Shown here: one piece after another, positions 57,463 to 64,000 of the stretch
How positions within the stretch are numbered: position 1 is the stretch's first letter
How the letters are laid out: each line of letters starts with the position of its first letter
Assembly: GCA_025594325.1 (NCBI GenBank)
Contig: JANHCV010000012.1
Coordinates: forward strand, 682,001-746,000
Source: Blastocladiella emersonii ATCC 22665
Lineage: Eukaryota > Fungi > Blastocladiomycota
Direction: 5' to 3'
Length of the DNA: 64,000 bases
Position numbers and translations under genes: made by a program
Notes under the pieces: model-generated
Databases searched by the model: none
What the model saw: only the letters and a program-made list of their open reading frames with translations
Told to the model about the DNA's origin: nothing

Positions 57463-57956
57463 TCCAGCGCCGCCTACGTCCTCAACGCGGTCGCGCGTGG
57501 CGTCTTCGACGAGACCAAGCGCGAGGAGCTCGTGCGCTCTGCCGACCTCAAGGGCATCCCGCCGACGCGCAGATACGCCGCGACCCTGCTCGCCAACGTC
57601 AACGTGCTGCTTCGCCCGTCGTTACGCGAGTAGCGCGAGAGCAAGCTCAATCCCGTATACATCCACGCGCAGCGCCTCGAGGCCCGCTCCATCATCCCAA
57701 ACCTGACGGCTAAGCAGTTCCGCAGTTCCATGTCACGCGTGGATCCATTGTTCCAGTCGCCAATCAGACTGAGTCAGGCTCACGGTCGCGCCGCATGTTT
57801 TTATTGATGCTCGTGTTGCGGCGAGGGAGCGCTCGACGTTCACCAAGCAGCCGAAGCGCGCGACGCGTCTCCACTTGGTCGCGTGGCTTGACCCGGTCGG
57901 GCATGTGACGTGCGCTCGACTGAATTCGGCGTCCTCTCTCCCTTCGCTCTGTCACA

Positions 57957-59138
57957 ATGAATCCCCTTGACACCATGGAACGAATGGACTCTATGCAACA
58001 CGCTTCCCTCAGGCTTCCTGATGAGTTGGTGAATCAGATTCTCGCCAAAGTAGTGAAACTGCACGCTATCCATGAACTCGGCGCCATGGTCCAGTACGCT
58101 CTCGTCATGCCAAGCAACCGTATCCCAGGCGTTGTCGCAGCCATTCGTGATCAAATTGCGCTCGTCAATGTGGTCGCTGCATCTTCGGCGGGCCGTGTCG
58201 ATCTGCTCAAGGCCTTTGTCCACTTTGGCTTCTCCGTCCGCCTTGAAGACACCAAAAAGGCTATCAGCCTTGCCGAGCAGCGTGCGCGTTATCGAGTTCT
58301 TGACTTTTGGCGCGATTCTGGAATTACCTTAAAGGTTGGTTTGCTCTCAACGTGGGCTCGCGCAAAACTAGGAGTTCCAATGGGCACGAACACTGTATGT
58401 CAACGTAGTTCTACTGTTACGAACGAATGGTGGCAAACATTGACAAGTCCCCTCGTGTAGTTTACTGGGAGCCCCGTCGCTGCTGGCGATGTCGAAGCTC
58501 GCACGTATCAATCTCGAGCGCTCGCTGAGGGCTTTGACTCCATCACTATCGACATGGCTCGCCTTAGCATGGACGGCATCCAAGCGCTCAACGAGGCGTT
58601 ACACATCACGGTCTCACCGCTTCACGCTGTGGAGCTCGACGCCTGCGATCTCAATTGGACGCGATTCCGCGCGCTTGACTTCCCGCCGACGCTCAAGTCG
58701 CTCAAGCTAAGCAACAACATCCTGCACGACGGCTGCACGCTTCCCGCGACCTCTTGGCTTCCGGCTTCGCTGACGGAGCTTTCCATTACTCACGAGTCGT
58801 TCCAGACTGATGCGATCCCCCGCCACCTCGCAATCCTCCCAGCGTTGACGTCGCTCACCATCAAAGAGTGTGAATTTCCTGGCGATTCGATTGTTCATCT
58901 CCTTCGACGCCTTCCGCCGTCACTGACCAAGCTTGAGCTTGAATTGGTTGTTCTTGACGACAACGCCATGATTGTACTTTCTCAAGCCCTCCCAGTTGGA
59001 CTTCAGGAGCTCATCATCCCGGACAACAGAATTACTCGCCAGGGCGTTTTGGCTCTCGTTAGTCGGCTGCCCCCCGCCCTCAAGGTTCTCAACCTGAACT
59101 ATAGCAACATCGGATTGAGTGCGCTGTTTTCGCTTTTA
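57957..59138 (+). pseudogene. LRR-family paralog 8, truncated at the transposon; intron 58395-58460
   Basis: 146-codon exon 1 plus 226 uninterrupted codons of exon 2 up to the TIR; no LRR continuation beyond the element. Confidence 0.8.
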
Positions 59139-59272
59139 GGGCCCGTTTGGTTCCGGGGTGAATCAGGTGGATCAATCGATTTTACACGGTCCGGTGTTCA
59201 CCCAGCTGAAACGTGGCATTTTCACCCCGTCGCGTTCATCGCGGCGTTTGGGTCGACCCCCGGATGAGCTGA

Positions 59273-59737
59273 ATGGAACCCTCGTCGCTGAATTGCCCGT
59301 CTGCTCGCCCCCGAAACCTTCAGGCTGTGCTTCCCGGCCTATATAAACGCTGTTTTCCTTCGTGGGGCAGCTCGACCACCACCGGCGAGTACTCGCACCT
59401 CGAGCAGGACGGCAAGGAGTCTGGTGACGTGGAAGGTGTCGATGGTCAAGACGACGCGGCCCCCGCCAGCAAGCGCAGCCGCACTTCGGACAGCAGCTCG
59501 CGTCGCCTCTCGGACTCGGAATTCCTCATGGGCATCAAGGAGGTGTTCCAGAGCGTCGCGACCGCCGACTCCAAGCCCGTCCTGACCGCCGCACTTGAAT
59601 GGGTCCAGGACGCGTACAACGACAATGAAGAGTACCAGATCGACGTCGCCACCCGCCTGACCGAGGATCAAGCGCTTCGCGTCATGGCCGTGTCCGAATC
59701 GAAGCGCAAGCGCATCCTCGAGATTTTCATTCAGTAG
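59273..59737 (+). CDS. Harbinger ORF2 remnant, copy 2
   Basis: Translation identical to 33770-34234. Confidence 0.5.
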   Translation: MEPSSLNCPSARPRNLQAVLPGLYKRCFPSWGSSTTTGEYSHLEQDGKESGDVEGVDGQDDAAPASKRSRTSDSSSRRLSDSEFLMGIKEVFQSVATADSKPVLTAALEWVQDAYNDNEEYQIDVATRLTEDQALRVMAVSESKRKRILEIFIQ

Positions 59738-60050
59738 CTCACTCGCACATGTCCCCCTCCCCTCGCGTTGCTTCCTGGCCTTGTTCTCGCCCATTTGTGT
59801 CCAATACATCTGGCTTTGTGTCCATCGTATCTTCAATCGTTACCCTTGGCTCGAAAATGACGCGACTCGTTGAGAAACGCGTGGTTCGCAAAGTGTCTCA
59901 CACGTCACGTGATTGATCGACGCGTCTCCACCGATGCATTCTGACCTCAGCGACGCGTCAAATCATCTAGAATCGCTTATATAACATTATAGTACTTGAC
60001 AAATCAGTATATTACAGCATGCATGCGGGTACAACAATTATTTCGCGCCT

Positions 60051-61368
60051 TCAAAGATGGGTCCCACGAGCGGCCATGACGCGCCTGTACTCGGTCCAAA
60101 GAACATTTGCGACGCGGTTCCGAAGCGAGATACCGCGCTGACGAGCTCCGTCCAGCGAGGCCTCGAGGACAGCGGCCTCGTCGTCCTCCTCGTTCTCGTC
60201 GTCCAGGGGCTCGCGCCCACGCACTGGCGCCTCACGCGCCGCGTCCCGCGCGCGCCGGAGCTCCGTCTCGGCGTCGCGAAAGAAGGCGTCGCCGCCTTGG
60301 TTCCACTTGTTGATCATGTTGTGCAGCGTGCAGAGCGCGTACACAAGCTTGACTTGAGTCTTGATTGGGTAGGCCGCGCCAATCGAGAGGACGCGGAACC
60401 GCTTCTTGAGCACGCCAAAGATATGCTCAATGGAGTTGCGGAGCGACGCGTGACGCAGATTGAAAAGCTCTTCGCGGTTCTTAACTCTACGTACGTTGGT
60501 GAAGCAGATGAGATGGCGCCAACGTGATGGTCATGGCAGTGAGAACGTACCCATCCTTGCCGCGGGCAAACTCGCGAAGATGATAGCGGGTACTGCGGAA
60601 GGGCACGATGATGGACGTGCGGTTTGCGTAGCCGCCGTCGGCGAGGTAGAAGCGGCCGGCGGGGATCTTGAACCCACGGGCGAAGGCGTCCGAGAGCACG
60701 CGCGAGTCATGCGCCTTGCCCTCCCACCCTGCGAGAACGTAGGTGAAGTTCAAGTCAAAGTCGCAGGCAGCGAGGACATTTGAGTATATGGTCCCCTTGC
60801 GGTTTCGGAACGAGTCGTGAAGCTTAGTGGGCACAACAAACGGGATGTGCGTTCCGTCAAGCGCGCCGACCGCGTTCTGGAACGGAGCGTATTTCGGGTC
60901 GTGGGCGATGCGCTCATGCACGGGCGTAGAATCGGACGGCTGGACAATGAACTCGGGCATCAGGCGGTACAGAGCGTCGAGCACTTGCTTCAGAACCCTG
61001 GACGCGGTCTCGCCAGAGATTTGGAACCGCTCCCTGAGGTTGCGGTTGGTGCTGCCCTCGCCGGCCATGACAAGAAAAACCATGAAGCGCGCCTCGACGG
61101 ACAGCTCGCGGCCGTCGGCGAGAAGGCCACGGTCGCGGAACAGGCGGCAGATGGCCTTGAAGGTCTCGCGGGGCATACGGGCGATTTCCGAAAAACGCGT
61201 TTCGCTGTTGCACGTCAGCAGCTCTTGAACCCACGACTCGCCAGAAAGCGTGGACGTGCGGATAGGCTCCCACGAGCGGCGCTCGTTGCGCGCAGCGAGA
61301 CGTCGCAGGAGAGCGAGGGCGGCTGTGAGCATTAGGCCGCGCAGCTTGCGGTTGTATCCCTTGTCCAT
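60051..61368 (-). CDS. Harbinger DDE transposase, copy 2; intron 60487-60550
   Basis: Translation matches copy 1. Confidence 0.92.
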
Positions 61369-61777
61369 GTTGTTTGAGGGCTCGAGAACACGATGCGTGA
61401 GGTTAGGTGTTGATTCGTTGCAATAAGCGCGGCTGCAAAGAGGTGGGAAAGATTTTATTGCGGGGGGGGGGGGGGGGGGGGGGGCGTTCATCCAGCGGGG
61501 CGTTTGGTTCGCACGGCCGCTGAGATGAACGGGGGTGAGGTGAAACGTGGCAACTGTTTCAGCTGATCCACCTGATCTGAACCAAACGGGCCCTTATACA
61601 CATAGCGATCAACGAGGCGAGGAGATGACAAGGAAGCAGCTCACTGCACCCGAAACTCGCGCGAGAACAAGGTCGATCGAGATGAGATACTTTTATACAT
61701 TGGTTTTCATGATCGAGAAGCACTCAGAGGCCGCATCCGACCTCTCTTACTCAACACGCCGACCTCACACGCCGACC

Positions 61778-63031
61778 TCACACGCCGACGCCGCCGGCGC
61801 CCTCGTGCAGCGTGGCCTGGAGACACTGACGGATCACGTCGGTGAGCGAGACGACGCCGCGCAGCGGTCCCGCCTTGTCCGCGTCGTCGACGACCCAGGC
61901 GCGGTGCTCGCGCGCATAGACGAGTCGGTCGAGCACGCCCTCGAGCGTCTCGTCGCGCGTGACGAGGACGGGCGGCTTGACGGTGTCGAGCAGCTGGCCA
62001 ACGACCACGGCCGGGTCGACGAGCGCGCGCACCAGCGTGTCCGGGTGGCGCAGGTCGGCCCAGCTCCACGACCCGACGATGCGCGACGGGTCGTGCGCGT
62101 CGACGACGGCGAGCGCGCCGACCAGAGCGCCGACGAGGAGGCGGATCGCGTCGACGGCGGCCGTACGCGTGGTCACGGTCAGGACGAGCGGCGGCGCGGA
62201 CGCGTCAGAGCTGGAAGTCGAGGCGGCGCGGATCAGGCCGAGCGACTCGAGCGACTGCTGCGCGGCAATGTTGACGGCGGGGAACGACGGGCGGTTGGCG
62301 TGGATGAAGCGCACCACGTCCGTCTGCGTGCACAGGCGGAACGCGGCGGCGGCGCCGGGCACGGCCGACGTGTGGTGGTGCATCTTGAGCGGCGACGGTG
62401 ACTTGGCGTGGGCGGCGGCGGCCGGGTTGAGCGGCGCGCCCATCTCGATGGGCTCGACGTCGGCGTCGGGCGACCCGCGGATCTCGACGAGCCAGCGGTG
62501 CAGGCCCTTGGCGAGCGGCTCCATGATGGCGACGAGGTTGGCGTCGGCGGGCGCGATCCACAGCGACCGCGACTCGGGCGTCTGGCCGATCAGGTCGCTG
62601 ACGGGGGTGCGGGCGAGGAACGCGATCAGGGCCTCAGCGTCGCTCCACTGCGGGAAGTTGGCGAGCCACCGCGCCACGTCGGCGACCGCGACCATCCCAA
62701 TGTACACCTTGTTGGCGCCGTGCTCGACCGTCGCCGTCACGCCGCCCGCCGCGATCCAGTGCGCGGGCTCGCCCCACACGGGCACTGCCTGCACCTCGTG
62801 CAGCGCCATGCGGCCCAGCACCTCCCACACGCTCGTGTGCGCGTGCGCGTCCACCACGTCGCGCTTGCGCGCCACCAGCTCGGCCGCGCGGTGCCACCGC
62901 ATCGAGTCGCGCTCGGGCGCGCCCGGTGCGTGCTGCGCGTGCTGCGTGAAGTCCATGGTCGCGTGCGCGCCAGCGACGGGGACGCGAGACGCGGCGGCGG
63001 CGAGTGCGTCGGGTGTTGATGCCATGGACAT
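61778..63031 (-). CDS. CBS-domain protein (AMPK-gamma/Sds23-like), about 417 aa
   Basis: CBS-type segments: VLGRMALHEVQAVPV, YIGMVAVADV, EPLAKGLHRWLV, LCTQTDVVRF, IVGSWSWADL, RAWVVD...LRGVVSLTDVI. Start placed at ATG 63031. Confidence 0.85.
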   Translation of the reverse strand: MSMASTPDALAAAASRVPVAGAHATMDFTQHAQHAPGAPERDSMRWHRAAELVARKRDVVDAHAHTSVWEVLGRMALHEVQAVPVWGEPAHWIAAGGVTATVEHGANKVYIGMVAVADVARWLANFPQWSDAEALIAFLARTPVSDLIGQTPESRSLWIAPADANLVAIMEPLAKGLHRWLVEIRGSPDADVEPIEMGAPLNPAAAAHAKSPSPLKMHHHTSAVPGAAAAFRLCTQTDVVRFIHANRPSFPAVNIAAQQSLESLGLIRAASTSSSDASAPPLVLTVTTRTAAVDAIRLLVGALVGALAVVDAHDPSRIVGSWSWADLRHPDTLVRALVDPAVVVGQLLDTVKPPVLVTRDETLEGVLDRLVYAREHRAWVVDDADKAGPLRGVVSLTDVIRQCLQATLHEGAGGVGV

Positions 63032-63115
63032 GATTTGGTTGTTGTGGTGTTGTTGATTCGTAGCTATCAGAGCGTGTTTGGCGAGAGCGAGTGACGGGCG
63101 GGGGGCGCGGGCGGG

Positions 63116-63122
63116 TTTTATA
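63116..63122 (-). promoter_or_regulatory. TATA box of the CBS gene
   Basis: TATAAAA on the minus strand, 85 nt upstream of ATG 63031. Confidence 0.55.
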
Positions 63123-63451
63123 CGATGGGCCCGAGACCGTGAGAAGCGCGGACGAGTGCAAGAGAGTTGCCGCCCTGCCAAAACGCGCGCGCCATGCGTC
63201 ACCGTGACCCACCGTGACTCACCCCGGGCCCTGTCGTCCCTGATTCCCTGATTCCGACCTGGATTCCGACGAGCCAGCTGCAGAGCGTGAACGTCGCGTC
63301 GCGGGGAGGAGCTCACGGCAGGGGGGCTGCTCCAGCATCGACGAGATCGCCACGGAGGCCCACGTGATCTCGCCGCGGGACCGAGTCGTGCGCCGCCCTC
63401 GCCGATCACCGCCCGCGCTCTCGGCCATCAAGCACCGCCGCACCCACTCCC

Positions 63452-64000
63452 ATGAATGAACCAAACGACTTGATGCAATCTGATGAAATGGACGTAGGCG
63501 ACTACACGCTGGCTTGGCTCCCCGTCGAAATCGCAAGCGTCATTCTTCAGCTCGCCAAGCGGCGGGCTATCGTCACTGCCGCTTCATCGTCGCTTTACGC
63601 CGTGGCCCGCGACGACGCCGTTATCTTCGACTGGACCATCGATGCTGCCGAAAACCTTTGCTCTTGGGCGGTTCACAGATACGACAAGCCCCGCGACGCC
63701 CTTGCTCGCCTCGCCATGGTAGACCTTAATCCTGCTAAGCTTCGGGGGGCTGCTTTCTACAATAGAGATCCATATTCTCGCAAACCCGCGCCAACCGAGA
63801 TGCTTGTCAACATAGCTAAACTTTTATGTCGACGGATTCGACCTCACGAACTCAACGCCGAGTTGTTTCGCCAGCTCCTGAACGCCCCGCTGTCGATGCA
63901 TCTGCGCTCGCTTTGGAATAATCCTCTTGTTTCGCTGGTGCGGCTCGTCATGGCGGCGGTCGCGCACGGCTGGACGGAGCCCCTGATGCAAATCCTCGAC
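63452..64000 (+). CDS. F-box-like protein, 3'-partial (absent from the ORF track)
   Basis: 183 open codons from ATG 63452 to the window end. LAWLPVEIASVILQLA fits the F-box L..LP.EI...I pattern; AAVAHGWTEPLMQILD is ankyrin-like. Confidence 0.6.
   Translation, partial: MNEPNDLMQSDEMDVGDYTLAWLPVEIASVILQLAKRRAIVTAASSSLYAVARDDAVIFDWTIDAAENLCSWAVHRYDKPRDALARLAMVDLNPAKLRGAAFYNRDPYSRKPAPTEMLVNIAKLLCRRIRPHELNAELFRQLLNAPLSMHLRSLWNNPLVSLVRLVMAAVAHGWTEPLMQILD

Larger units (their letters stand above)
59139..61593 (-). mobile_element. PIF/Harbinger DNA transposon, copy 2 (2455 bp, inverted relative to copy 1)
   Basis: Perfect GGGCCCGTTTGGTTC TIRs; TTA at 59136-59138 and 61594-61596. The differences from copy 1 that I found are a 23-vs-20 nt C/G run and two substitutions near the left end. 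Confidence 0.95.

Noticed and set aside
2487-57871. GACGCGTC palindrome as a specific promoter code
   Set aside because: It occurs in several intergenic regions but also in coding DNA and inside the transposon; enrichment cannot be shown without a background model.
34369-59138. Segment between the inverted Harbingers as an already inverted or composite transposon
   Set aside because: Each copy has matching TTA/TTA flanks as it stands; undoing an inversion would give TTA/TAA mismatches. The missing LRR half is not found at the other junctions.
1-64000. tRNA, rRNA and CRISPR arrays
   Set aside because: No cloverleaf or T-loop context, no rRNA signature and no repeat-spacer periodicity seen by eye; tRNAscan-SE/Infernal were not run.

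Overview
GC-rich, intron-containing eukaryotic DNA from a flagellated (zoosporic) fungus. Evidence: fungal-type RCY1, SLT2 and a FAS1 fragment sit alongside the ciliary genes HYLS1 and WDPCP. Blastocladiomycota is my inference from GC content and gene-family style, not a verified assignment. Introns are about 40-75 nt with GTACGY/GTRYGY donors and CTRAC-like branch sites. 1-17.8 kb is a conserved gene-dense block: RCY1, SLT2-type MAPK, a 6-exon 7TM protein, a membrane protein, a GST-C/AGC kinase fusion, a PA-TM-RING ligase, HYLS1 and SRRM1. 18-36 kb and 58-59 kb hold a birth-and-death family of at least 8 two-exon genes or relics (F-box/ankyrin-like N-module + RNI-type LRRs); three share an ungapped 58-bp upstream module. 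WDPCP and PCBD are embedded in this region. Two near-identical PIF/Harbinger elements (31917-34368 and 59139-61593, inverted, TTA TSDs) each abut an LRR paralog; both have an intact transposase but a partner ORF lacking its Myb/SANT part. 36-55 kb is mostly decayed accessory DNA: a DUF4470-type gene with one in-frame stop, a three-copy motif and a 4.2-kb tandem duplication. Then come a Gln/Ala repeat protein, a FAS1 fragment, a CBS protein and an F-box-like ORF running off the end. I saw no rRNA, tRNA or CRISPR. All homology calls are from motif recognition by eye; no searches were run.
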